Assembly (NCBI GenBank): GCA_963799845.1
Contig: CAWCYI010000006.1
Span: 1,472,001 to 1,536,000 of the forward strand
Source: an uncultured Nitrososphaerota archaeon
Lineage (GTDB): Archaea; Thermoproteota; Nitrososphaeria; Nitrososphaerales; CADDZS01
Direction: 5' to 3'
Length of the DNA stretch: 64,000 nt
Below the pieces are notes generated by a model that saw only the letters and a list, made by a program, of their open reading frames with translations, was not told where the DNA came from and did not search any database. Made by a program: the position numbers and the translations under genes. Of this stretch, positions 40,954 through 50,118 are shown piece after piece. Numbering within the stretch: position 1 is the first letter of the stretch; every line of letters begins with the position of its first letter.

Positions 40954-42096
40954 ATGCAATCTGACGAGAAGCTCGTCTCTACTTCTCAGCAGCAGGGCAG
41001 TCGCGCTATCAAGCAATCATTCTCCTCGCTGGTGGACGCGATGCGGTTTGCCTACCAAAAAGAGCAACTGGAAGGCCGGGTCAGCGACATCGAGTCGAAA
41101 TCGAAGAAAAGTCTCGACGATCTCGGCGAACTGAATGGGAAAATTCGAGCTTTGGTAGAGTCGCTGGGGGATGAAATTAGCAAGGATACCCTCTCAGAAC
41201 TTTCAACTCAGATCTCCGGATTTTCTCATCTAGCTATCGAACAGACAAAGACCAAATTGGAGCAGAAAATAAACGCGGAACTTTCCGGTTACCGGGCTTC
41301 CCTCGATTCTGAGATAACGAAAACCCGAAAAAGCATTGAGGCATTCATCGCAACTTCTCCCTTCCAGGTTTTAGACAAGGTACTGAGCGTGAAGCTCGTG
41401 GACGGCGCATATGATGCGAAAGGCGCGTACAGATGCGCCGACGACATCCAGTACGAATTTTCTTACGATACCAAGAAGAGCAGAGTCTTCAGCAAGGAGT
41501 TCAGGCTTTCAACCTTCGAGCGGGATTTTCGCGTCCCGATATCAATCGGCAAGACCTGGCTCCGGAGGGATCAGGTTCCTGATTACGAGCGGATTGACCA
41601 ATACGCGCTCGTTTCCGCCGAATCTTCGGAGTCGAATTTGATCGTGATTTTCAAGCACATGGAAAAAGATTCTAGCCTTCGGGTAGTTTATTCAAAGCAC
41701 GACTCGCACGCTTCCCTGTCGATAGTCTATTCAGATTCTCAGAGGACGGTTGACATTACTTCGACTCCGAGCCTGAACCGCTTTCTGGACTCTGAACCGC
41801 TGGAAAGAACGATGGACCGATTGTGGCTTTCGATCATCGATCTTGAAAACTACAAGGTCGGTCTTACTAAATTAGTTTCAGAAGATGTCAACGTCCTCGA
41901 CAAGCTCGATTGTTTTGAATTCTTCGCAAAATCCTGGCGGTTGATTGCGCCCAAAGTAATACAGGAGATGAAATCATCCGTCGATTCGCAAACGTCGGAT
42001 GAAAAATTGACGGTCCCGTTCGCCCTTGAAAGAGTCGGGCTACTCGGGGAGAATGCCGATCCTATTTTGGAAATTCTCGAACTCAACAAAAGTTAG
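40954..42096 (+). CDS. Hypothetical protein, N-terminal coiled coil plus beta-rich domain
   Basis: 380-aa ORF with coding-like composition; no recognised motif. Confidence 0.75.
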   Translation: MQSDEKLVSTSQQQGSRAIKQSFSSLVDAMRFAYQKEQLEGRVSDIESKSKKSLDDLGELNGKIRALVESLGDEISKDTLSELSTQISGFSHLAIEQTKTKLEQKINAELSGYRASLDSEITKTRKSIEAFIATSPFQVLDKVLSVKLVDGAYDAKGAYRCADDIQYEFSYDTKKSRVFSKEFRLSTFERDFRVPISIGKTWLRRDQVPDYERIDQYALVSAESSESNLIVIFKHMEKDSSLRVVYSKHDSHASLSIVYSDSQRTVDITSTPSLNRFLDSEPLERTMDRLWLSIIDLENYKVGLTKLVSEDVNVLDKLDCFEFFAKSWRLIAPKVIQEMKSSVDSQTSDEKLTVPFALERVGLLGENADPILEILELNKS

Positions 42097-42103
42097 AGAA
42101 ATA

Positions 42104-42412
42104 TTACTCGCGCCTGTTATTCAGCTTCCACGATAGGGCCGACGCAATCTCTTGCTTTGACTTGCCGTTTGTATCGATCCCTTCGCGCTGCGCCGCTTCG
42201 ATCAACGGGTCGGGTGAAGTTGTCTCGGTCTTTGGGACAGCGACCTGAACTTTTGCACTCTGGCTATCTTCAAAATTTCCCTTCATTGCTTTGTCAAATT
42301 CCCTTCTCGCAGTTCCGAGAGATTTCGCAAATGCCGGAATCCGGCCCGCTCCAAAGAGAAACACCACCGCCGCAAGTATCAAGACGATTACTACTGGATC
42401 ATCAAAGCCCAT
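42104..42412 (-). CDS. tatA: Twin-arginine translocase TatA/TatE subunit
   Basis: N-terminal TM; LFGAGRIPAFAKSLGTARREF amphipathic helix. Confidence 0.92.
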   Translation of the reverse strand: MGFDDPVVIVLILAAVVFLFGAGRIPAFAKSLGTARREFDKAMKGNFEDSQSAKVQVAVPKTETTSPDPLIEAAQREGIDTNGKSKQEIASALSWKLNNRRE

Positions 42413-42574
42413 GATTCCATTCAGGCATAAATTTTGTATTTAGGCATTTTCCCAAATCAAAATTTCCTGATATGATTCATTCTCACAGGTCAAATTCGAC
42501 ATATTTTTTCTACATAGAATTACTTAGTATTGGGTCAACAAGCCGTTTGGTTTTGGGCTAGATTCTGGCATGAC

Positions 42575-42584
42575 GATATATAGT
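42575..42584 (+). promoter_or_regulatory. Archaeal TATA box for the leaderless 42607 transcript
   Basis: GATATATAGT about 25-30 nt upstream of ATG 42607. Confidence 0.5.
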
Positions 42585-42606
42585 ACCGAACTACCCTGCC
42601 GTTCTC

Positions 42607-42927
42607 ATGTCCGAAGATCAGAAGCAGGTAAATGACGCGCCTTCGCGTAGAACCTTTTTGAAAGTTTCAGCAGTCGCTGGAGCAGCAGTTGCCGCGGTTG
42701 CAGCTGGCGCCGGCATGATTCCTAAGTTAGCTTCCAGTGCTGCAAAATCTTCTGCTGCAGTCTCCAAGCCCGAAGCAAAAGCGGCTTCGATGTCATCGAA
42801 GGAACCGCTAATTCTGGTACTTAGAGGAGATTCGGTGGACGTTTACAGGGGAGAGATAAAGTATGCGATCCAAGATTCGTCGTTATCTCGTGAGATAGCG
42901 TCGCACGTGGCGGCAAAGATGGAGTAG
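42607..42927 (+). CDS. Small Tat-signal protein
   Basis: SRRTFLK followed by an Ala-rich h-region. Confidence 0.88.
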   Translation: MSEDQKQVNDAPSRRTFLKVSAVAGAAVAAVAAGAGMIPKLASSAAKSSAAVSKPEAKAASMSSKEPLILVLRGDSVDVYRGEIKYAIQDSSLSREIASHVAAKME

Positions 42928-42934
42928 ATAGAAG

Positions 42935-44395
42935 ATGACATCTCACAGAGAAGCGCCGGGAATTTCCCAAGATCCGGTTGCTGACAATACTGACGTTTAT
43001 GCGTTCGTAAGTCCAGACAAACAATCCACGGTAACTCTAATCGCAAACTACATTCCGTTGGAGTTACCTCCAGGAGGCCCTAACTTTTTCGAGTTTGGCG
43101 AGAATGTCCAGTACTCGATCTACATAGACAACGATGCGGACGCGCTTCCAGACATTACCTACAATTTCCAGTTCAAGACAAATGTCATCAACGAGCAAAC
43201 CTTTCTCTACAATCTCGGCCCCATTAGCTCGCTGACAGATCCTAACTGGAATGTTAGACAGACCTACACCGTTTGGCGCATCGACAAGAATGGAACCAAA
43301 GTGCTTGGCAGCAATATTCCGTGTCCGCCGGTTAACATTGGCCCTAGATCTACTCCCAACTACGCGACTCTTGCAAGCGCTGCGATTAACACTCTCAGCG
43401 ACGGCTCACAGGTCTTCGCAGGACAAAGGGGCGAGGGCTTTGCTCTAGACCTCGGTTCCATCTTCGACCTGCTGACTTTGAGACCGTTCGAAAGTTTGAG
43501 CGCCTTCCAAGGACCCGGAATTCCTAGTACTGATTTTCCGCAGGGCGTTGACACCACAGTAGATCTCAACGTACACACGATCGCCCTCCAAGTTCCAAAA
43601 ACTCTACTCACTGTCGACGGATCAAATCCAACGAACGTGCTAGATCAAAAATCCGTCATTGGAGTGTGGGCAGCGGCAAGCAGGCAGGAAGTATCCATAA
43701 ACAACGTCGAGGGTGCTTCTCCCACTCGCTCCGGTCCGTGGAAACAGGTCTCGAGATTGGGCAACCCTCTCATCAATGAGCTGTTCATTTTCCTCGGACA
43801 GAAAGACTATTGGAATACTCAACAGCCCCACAAAGACAAACAATTCCTCCAGTACTACCTGAATCTCCAAGTCGCAGGACTAATGCCAGTCATTTATCCC
43901 GCGGCACTGCCTGCCCAGACAGCAACCACCGGAGTTCCGAATGGACCGCTGAACCCAAGGACGGATTTGGAAGTACTTTTGCTTACGGGGCTTCCGGCTT
44001 CTGTTCTGACGGTATTCCAGAACTATACAGGGCCAACTCTGGCTGATATGCTCCGCCTCAACATGGCGGTTCCACCTGCGTCAACTCCTAGCAGACTTGG
44101 CATAGTAAACAACTTCCCAACCGGTCCACCTGACCTTGCAGGATTCCCGAACGGACGCCGGCCTCTCGATGACGTAGTAGATATCTACCTACAGGTAGCT
44201 GCCGGTCTAGTCTACCCTCTGATAAAGCCTGGATTCACTCCTCCCGCAGCAGCCGGACTGCTGAGCGATGGAGTAAACGAGCCACGCGCCCCGTACTTGA
44301 CCAGTTTCCCGTACCTACCGACGCCGTTCGATGGCTATTTCTACGAAGCAGACGGTACTGGAGCCCCCGAATCAGACGCAACCGGCGGCCCGTAA
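42935..44395 (+). CDS. DUF4331 domain protein, no signal peptide
   Basis: SHREAPGISQDPVADNTDVYAF, QVSRLGNPLINE, GFPNGRRPLDDVVDI and FPYLPTP motifs. Confidence 0.92.
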   Translation: MTSHREAPGISQDPVADNTDVYAFVSPDKQSTVTLIANYIPLELPPGGPNFFEFGENVQYSIYIDNDADALPDITYNFQFKTNVINEQTFLYNLGPISSLTDPNWNVRQTYTVWRIDKNGTKVLGSNIPCPPVNIGPRSTPNYATLASAAINTLSDGSQVFAGQRGEGFALDLGSIFDLLTLRPFESLSAFQGPGIPSTDFPQGVDTTVDLNVHTIALQVPKTLLTVDGSNPTNVLDQKSVIGVWAAASRQEVSINNVEGASPTRSGPWKQVSRLGNPLINELFIFLGQKDYWNTQQPHKDKQFLQYYLNLQVAGLMPVIYPAALPAQTATTGVPNGPLNPRTDLEVLLLTGLPASVLTVFQNYTGPTLADMLRLNMAVPPASTPSRLGIVNNFPTGPPDLAGFPNGRRPLDDVVDIYLQVAAGLVYPLIKPGFTPPAAAGLLSDGVNEPRAPYLTSFPYLPTPFDGYFYEADGTGAPESDATGGP

Positions 44396-44418
44396 GAAAG
44401 CATAGCACCCGTTAGGAT

Positions 44419-44455
44419 GAGGTACCCCGTCGTACCTCTTCTCCCTTTTTTCTCA
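44419..44455 (+). terminator. Hairpin + pyrimidine tract after the DUF4331 gene
   Basis: GAGGTAC-cccgtc-GTACCTC followed by ttctcccttttttctc. Confidence 0.55.
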
Positions 44456-44593
44456 AATCCTTGCAACCGTGCATCCTGTAGGTCTTTTACCCGTACCTCC
44501 GGACCTACTCTAATCTCTAAAGCCATAGATTCACTTTCATTGATTTATTATGCAATTTTCTTCTTTTTCTACACGGGGGCCCATTTCTGCGTA

Positions 44594-44619
44594 CCGAAGA
44601 GCTCGTTTCAAGCTCTGTT
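44594..44619 (+). repeat. Dispersed palindromic repeat, copy 4 (left arm only)
   Basis: CCGAAGAGCTCGTTTCAAGCTCTGTT is identical to 37010-37035. Confidence 0.85.
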
Positions 44620-44823
44620 GGCCACCGATAGCTTGATTTTGATACTTCTAGTTAGAGCATTTCGCTCCAAAGCATTTTATGAAAATCATTGAGGTACGCA
44701 GGTCTTTGCATCGCACCTGAAACGGAGACGGAGCAGCTTGAAAGTGCTCGGCCGATCTCAAATCAGCTTGATTCGAATTGAACTGTATCTTACGACTCGA
44801 ACCCCCCTCAAGCTTGAAAATTT

Positions 44824-45564
44824 CTACTCGATCTTTGATTTTGGAATCCGTCCGCCTGCAATTAGAGTGTTGATCATCTTCTCCGCCGAGTTCTTGTCAA
44901 ACTTGCCCGACGCAACCAAGCCGTCGAGAAAGGCTTCCTTCTTTATCGATCCCTCGTTTTTTCGAGAAAGCTCCTCTAAACGCTGAATCGCAAATAGTGT
45001 CTTCTCGCGAAATTCTAGACGGGTGTGCGGTCCATGTTTCGGCTTGTAAATGACTACCCTGAACGTTCTACCAGGGTGGCTCGTATTGAAACCATCAACA
45101 TAGAAATCCAGTCCGAGCTTGTCGCAGAATCTGACCAGTTCCCTAAAATCCTCCATCCACATGCTCGAGGGCTGCGAGACGGTTAACAGATCGTCGCTAA
45201 GTTGAGAGGATCCACGCTCCCTAGCGAAAAATAAATTGTCGACCTCGAAACCAAAGAACTCGCGTCCTAAATCAACCCAGGGCCGTCCCTCGTTCTTCTC
45301 CTCCTTTTCTATATGCTCCTTGAGCCACGAAGGTCGCGGCTGCCCGCCTTCAATCTTATCGAGTTTCTTCGCCCACTGCGCGAGAAGCATGCCAAGCTTG
45401 TGATAGCACTCGAGCATCAACTCCTCCTTTGAAACTCCCTCAGCATGGGCGACAGTCTCGTCAGCGAAATCGTAGACTTCATGTGCTATGCGATTGGTCC
45501 GTCCCTTCGAAATGTCCTTTTCTTTCTCATCCTTCGATAGATTGATCACTCTGCGGTGGCTCAA
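44824..45564 (-). CDS. Hypothetical protein with C-terminal winged-helix-like segment
   Basis: 246-aa ORF; GKFDKNSAEKMINTLIAGGRI resembles the archaeal MCM C-terminal WH. Confidence 0.65.
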   Translation of the reverse strand: MSHRRVINLSKDEKEKDISKGRTNRIAHEVYDFADETVAHAEGVSKEELMLECYHKLGMLLAQWAKKLDKIEGGQPRPSWLKEHIEKEEKNEGRPWVDLGREFFGFEVDNLFFARERGSSQLSDDLLTVSQPSSMWMEDFRELVRFCDKLGLDFYVDGFNTSHPGRTFRVVIYKPKHGPHTRLEFREKTLFAIQRLEELSRKNEGSIKKEAFLDGLVASGKFDKNSAEKMINTLIAGGRIPKSKIE

Positions 45565-45630
45565 GGTACTGCTCGAGACCGCGATCGGAGCTATTATCCA
45601 TTTTCCCAGATTTCAGTCCGAAAAGGAAAG

Positions 45631-47490
45631 TCAACTCGCGGCCACTGCGACAATCGGTTTGCTCCGCGTCTTCGGACGGAATATGTTGTCGGCAATGACA
45701 TTGGCAAACAAGAACACCGCGCATACGGCCAGAAATGCCGAAAGTATTCCGGTGTCAAAGCTCTGGATGTTGAACCAGCTCAAGAGGAAAAATGCCTGAG
45801 ACGTGAAATCATGCGGGTAGACTACTAGCAATAAACTGACGATTGCGTCTAGTATCCCGAGGAAAAGTTGCGAGCCCAAATATCCAAGCTCATAGACTAC
45901 GTACACAAGATATGAGATCACTATCCCCACCGATCCAAAGACTGCAACCGACGGACTGATGTCGTATATCGCGGCGCCAGCCGCAAAGCAGCTCACTCCT
46001 ACGATCAGCGGGAGGATGTCGAGCCGGCTCAAAGTCGAAAAGCTGTGCCCCCGGAGCCAGATAGCGGATAGAGAGATTATGCCCAAACTGATCAGTACGA
46101 GAAAATCCGTAATATCGATCAAAAAGTTCTGGTTTCCGAGAGCTAGTATCAGGATCGCGCCTAGCGTGAAAACGTACGACAGTCTTGAAATGCTCCGAGG
46201 AATAAACCCGTCAATGGCGAGCGCTTCCAAGTGTCTGGATGCAGCTAGAAAGGCGGGTACAAAAGTTGTAATTGTTGCGATGAGAAAGACGATGGCGGTT
46301 AACAGCTCCTGCCCGGGACCGATCGCAAGGTTACTTATGTAGAGAGCAGGAATTGAAGATTGATTCAGGGCGGCAAAGCTCGGATGGAGACTGAAAACTG
46401 CGAGGCCGTAAAGTATGTTGATTATCGACGCTATGACGACGCTTCCAACCATCGCCAGTCCGAGGTACTTGAACTTGGAAATCGTAAAACCCTTCTTGAT
46501 CCAGGAAATTATCGGCACTGATGAATAATCCAGCGCATCACGTTCAAGAGCCTGAATTTCCTGAAACCCGAAAAACAACAGGTAAAGATATCCAGTGTTA
46601 ACAACGAGAGCGAGGGGCCAGTTTCCCCCGGCCGAGCCGGTGTGGAAAATTCCCGAAAGATTCCAGGATCCCCTGTTGCCCAAGAGAATGCTCTGGTAGA
46701 CTAGTATTACCACCATCGCCGAAGTTAGAGCGATCTGTAGATAACCGATCAATTTGAGGAACCGGACTTCAAATAACGCATTTAGTACTGTCCACGCTAG
46801 GAAAACACCTGTGATCAGATAGACGATTATCGTCGAGGAAATCCCAGTTATTCCAAAATTTGCAAGTACTTGCGGCATCAGTTCGAAGTCAAATACAACA
46901 AAGACGATTTTCGAATACGCTGCAAGAGCGGTGTTAGCAATCCACATCGACAGGCGGGAGATAAAGTACCGCACGCTTCGTCCTCCAGTGGCCGCTTTTG
47001 TGAAGGAAGGCCCGCCGACAGCGCCGAGACCCATTCTGGCGGCCTCTGTATACATATCGGCATAGACTTTGGCCATCAGAACCGAAAGAATTGTTGCTAA
47101 TACTAGCGAACCAACAGAAACGAGTTCAAACTGAATTATGTTGAGGGGAATCAGGATGAAAAGAGGCGAGCCTAGAGTGGCTCCGAGTCCTATTGCGAGC
47201 ATGGTACTGAACCCATAGGTTGGTTTTACTACAGATTCCTTCCTTAGACGCTGGAAACGGACCCTCGTTGAGCTTGGGAGAGTCGCGATGAGCGCCACGC
47301 TCGAAAGAATAATTGCAACGAGGGCAGAAATTAGGATGATATCGCCAAATCCGAAATTCACTGAGGCGAGATACGAATATTCATTGACAACGAAAACTAG
47401 CGCAACAAACGCCGCAATGCTGCCTACGACGACTGCAAAGTACTTGAAGAATAGAATTCCATCGCGGAGTGAAGCAGCTCTGGAACCCAA
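45631..47490 (-). CDS. APC-superfamily amino-acid permease
   Basis: AIGLGATLGSPLF, GGPSF, FFGFQEI and ASRHLEALAIDGFIP motifs; many TM helices. Confidence 0.85.
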   Translation of the reverse strand: MGSRAASLRDGILFFKYFAVVVGSIAAFVALVFVVNEYSYLASVNFGFGDIILISALVAIILSSVALIATLPSSTRVRFQRLRKESVVKPTYGFSTMLAIGLGATLGSPLFILIPLNIIQFELVSVGSLVLATILSVLMAKVYADMYTEAARMGLGAVGGPSFTKAATGGRSVRYFISRLSMWIANTALAAYSKIVFVVFDFELMPQVLANFGITGISSTIIVYLITGVFLAWTVLNALFEVRFLKLIGYLQIALTSAMVVILVYQSILLGNRGSWNLSGIFHTGSAGGNWPLALVVNTGYLYLLFFGFQEIQALERDALDYSSVPIISWIKKGFTISKFKYLGLAMVGSVVIASIINILYGLAVFSLHPSFAALNQSSIPALYISNLAIGPGQELLTAIVFLIATITTFVPAFLAASRHLEALAIDGFIPRSISRLSYVFTLGAILILALGNQNFLIDITDFLVLISLGIISLSAIWLRGHSFSTLSRLDILPLIVGVSCFAAGAAIYDISPSVAVFGSVGIVISYLVYVVYELGYLGSQLFLGILDAIVSLLLVVYPHDFTSQAFFLLSWFNIQSFDTGILSAFLAVCAVFLFANVIADNIFRPKTRSKPIVAVAAS

Positions 47491-47520
47491 TACTCTTCCC
47501 CCCAGATTTTCAGTTTGATT

Positions 47521-48003
47521 CTAATTTCGAGCATCCTGTCGTTTTTGTTCCATGGCTTTTAGATTCGATGCTGCGATTCGAAGATTATAGAAGGCGCCTA
47601 TTAGAAGCAGGACCGCGATGATAAATTCGCCTACCGGTATTATCGGATTTGAAAGTGACTTTGGCGAGATCGTACTTGCGATCTGGCTAAAATACGAGGA
47701 TAGCTGACCGGGGGAGCTGAATCCTACTACCGACGGGGCAAGAAGCGCTAAACCGACTACTGCCAGAATGGAGGCAAGAACCATCTCACTGATGGCAATG
47801 AGGAGGGACGCCAATCCGCTTTCGGGCTTACGCGAGTTTATCATCGAGACAAACTTCACGATCTCCTCGTCGTGAGAAGAGACGATTTTTTCATTCACGA
47901 GAGTTTGTAACGAAGCATTTGAACCGCTGAGCAGCATCAGAGCTTTTATGTCCAGAAGGAGCCGGCTAAGTACTTCGTCTGTTGAACTCGCAGTGCTTGC
48001 CAT
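47521..48003 (-). CDS. Two-TM hypothetical membrane protein
   Basis: Two long hydrophobic helices; co-oriented with the permease. Confidence 0.7.
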   Translation of the reverse strand: MASTASSTDEVLSRLLLDIKALMLLSGSNASLQTLVNEKIVSSHDEEIVKFVSMINSRKPESGLASLLIAISEMVLASILAVVGLALLAPSVVGFSSPGQLSSYFSQIASTISPKSLSNPIIPVGEFIIAVLLLIGAFYNLRIAASNLKAMEQKRQDARN

Positions 48004-48114
48004 TCCGACCCACTTCGGGTCAGCAAGCGGAAATATCTCTTTCGTATTCGTAATATTCCGGAAATCTGAGCGCTAAGCTCCGATTAGTAAAATTTCGACG
48101 TGTTGTAGATTATC

Positions 48115-48690
48115 TTACAGCGAAAAGTTGAGATCTTTCAAACTCTCGATCAAGATCCTGGCAGATTCTTCAGGTGACCCGAGCTCAGTCGCTATCGTGA
48201 TGTCCGGAAACTCGGGTGGCTCGTAAGGATCCTGTATCCCGGTCATATTTTTGATCTCGCCCTTTCTCGCCTTTGCATACAGGCCCTTCGGGTCTCTCTG
48301 TTCGCAGGTAGCAAGAGACGCCTTGACGTAAACCTCAACGAACCTCTCCTTGCCAATAGTTTCTCGAGCACTCTCCCTCGAAACTTTGTACGGAGAAATC
48401 AGTGCGACTATTGAGATGACTCCATTTCGCGAAAGGACCTTTGCGAGATAAGACACTCTTCTGGCGTGTTCTTCCCTATCCTCTCTTGACAAACCAAGAT
48501 CTCTAGACAGGCCCTTTCTTATCTCATCCCCGTCCAAAATCTCAACAAAGCGACCGTAATCGTCCTCTAACATTTTCTTCAGAACGCCGGCCAGAGTAGA
48601 TTTACCGGAACCTGAGAGTCCGGTCATCCAGATTGCAAAGCCCTGTGGCCTCTGGGATTTTGAGCGCTCGCTTATCGCAACGCTGGTCAT
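48115..48690 (-). CDS. cysC: Adenylyl-sulfate (APS) kinase
   Basis: WMTGLSGSGKST, LDGDEIR, RDPKGLY and TGIQDPYEPP motifs. Confidence 0.97.
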   Translation of the reverse strand: MTSVAISERSKSQRPQGFAIWMTGLSGSGKSTLAGVLKKMLEDDYGRFVEILDGDEIRKGLSRDLGLSREDREEHARRVSYLAKVLSRNGVISIVALISPYKVSRESARETIGKERFVEVYVKASLATCEQRDPKGLYAKARKGEIKNMTGIQDPYEPPEFPDITIATELGSPEESARILIESLKDLNFSL

Positions 48691-48692
48691 GC

Positions 48693-50096
48693 TTAGGAGA
48701 ACACCTCAGGGATGACTTTGCCGTCCATCCCGTCTTCTGCTGGCATGCCGTACATTTTCAGAACCGTGGGAGCCATGTCTTCTACCTTCGCACCCTTCAA
48801 CGCTCTCGAATTCATGTTCTTTTTCGGATTGTACATTAGGAAGATACCCATCATGGAATGGACAGAGTCATCCGGCCCCGTATCATTCTCGAAAAGATAC
48901 AGCGAATCGTGCCCGACTGTACCTGCCGATCTCCAGTTGAGATCGTCAAAGTATACCATGAGATCCGGTTTATCTCCGATCGCTGTCCCATAAAGTTGAT
49001 CAGGTTCAAAAACCACGTTTTTCATCGGCCGCCCGTTGTTATCCTTTATCGACATGATTTTTGAGGAAAGTTTTTTCTTTTCGGTTTCGAGGTCTTTCCT
49101 TTCGATCACTCCGTTCGGCTCGCGACCCTTTACGTTAAAGAAAATTCTCGCGTAATAACCGCCCCAACCCCAAGCTTTCGTTCTGGACCAGTCGACTTCA
49201 GCCTTGTCGATGTCAGTCATCTTTGTCGGTTTTGTCTTGAACGCAATGTATCCCTCTTGCTCTAACCACTGATTTACGCAAAAGGCGCCAATCATTCCTT
49301 TTGAGCCGTGATCCGAGACGATGAAGGTGATGCAATCGTCTCCAAAGAGTTTCACCAGCCGGCCGATTCTCTCGTCGACCAACTTGTAGTATTCCTCGTC
49401 TAGGTGTTCGTACTGGTTACCCTTCACATACTTTGGATGCTTTGGGTCAAAGAACTTCCAGAAAGCGTGGTGCAGCCTGTCGAACCCAATTTCGTGCATG
49501 ATGAAAAAGTCCCATGGTTTGTTCTTTGCGAGATATTCAGCAACATCAAAGCGTTTTTGCGTCATTTCAAAGAGCTCCTTTCTAATGGCCTCCCTATCCT
49601 CCGTGCGAAAAGTTACGTCAAAAATATACTTCCCTCCGGCGGCGGCTAGTACTTCTTCCTTGAGCTCAGGTGGATTAGTGAATTGCTTGTCTTGACCTGG
49701 AGTAATAAAGCACGAAATGATATCAGTGTTCTCAATCTGCTTTGGTGGATATCCTGGCGGGACTCCAAGAACGATGGATCTTTTTCCTTGTCTTGAAAGA
49801 ATCTGCCAGACCGTGTCTTCCTTTACCGTAGTTGAATTGACTATGTATCCGTCGTTGTAAGAAAAACCTCTCCTATGCCTAAATCCGTAGATTCCCAGCT
49901 TGCCGGGATTTTTTCCCGTCATCATAACCATCCAAGCTGGAACGGTAATTGGAGGATGGCAGGTCTCAAGGTTTCCGTGCATGCCTCTGTCATACATTCG
50001 CTTTATGTTAGGAAGTTTGTCCAAGAGTTTGTCAAACATCATTTCAGGAGGGACGGAATCCAGCCCAATTATCGCTACTCGCTTTCCGCTGCTCAA
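48693..50096 (-). CDS. AlkP-superfamily NPP-type (COG3379-like) enzyme between sat and cysC
   Basis: IGLDS, PPITVPAW...TGKNPG, DRLHH, SDHG and DDSVH motifs. Confidence 0.9.
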   Translation of the reverse strand: MSSGKRVAIIGLDSVPPEMMFDKLLDKLPNIKRMYDRGMHGNLETCHPPITVPAWMVMMTGKNPGKLGIYGFRHRRGFSYNDGYIVNSTTVKEDTVWQILSRQGKRSIVLGVPPGYPPKQIENTDIISCFITPGQDKQFTNPPELKEEVLAAAGGKYIFDVTFRTEDREAIRKELFEMTQKRFDVAEYLAKNKPWDFFIMHEIGFDRLHHAFWKFFDPKHPKYVKGNQYEHLDEEYYKLVDERIGRLVKLFGDDCITFIVSDHGSKGMIGAFCVNQWLEQEGYIAFKTKPTKMTDIDKAEVDWSRTKAWGWGGYYARIFFNVKGREPNGVIERKDLETEKKKLSSKIMSIKDNNGRPMKNVVFEPDQLYGTAIGDKPDLMVYFDDLNWRSAGTVGHDSLYLFENDTGPDDSVHSMMGIFLMYNPKKNMNSRALKGAKVEDMAPTVLKMYGMPAEDGMDGKVIPEVFS

Positions 50097-50118
50097 TCCA
50101 ATGACCTTCTAGTACAGA

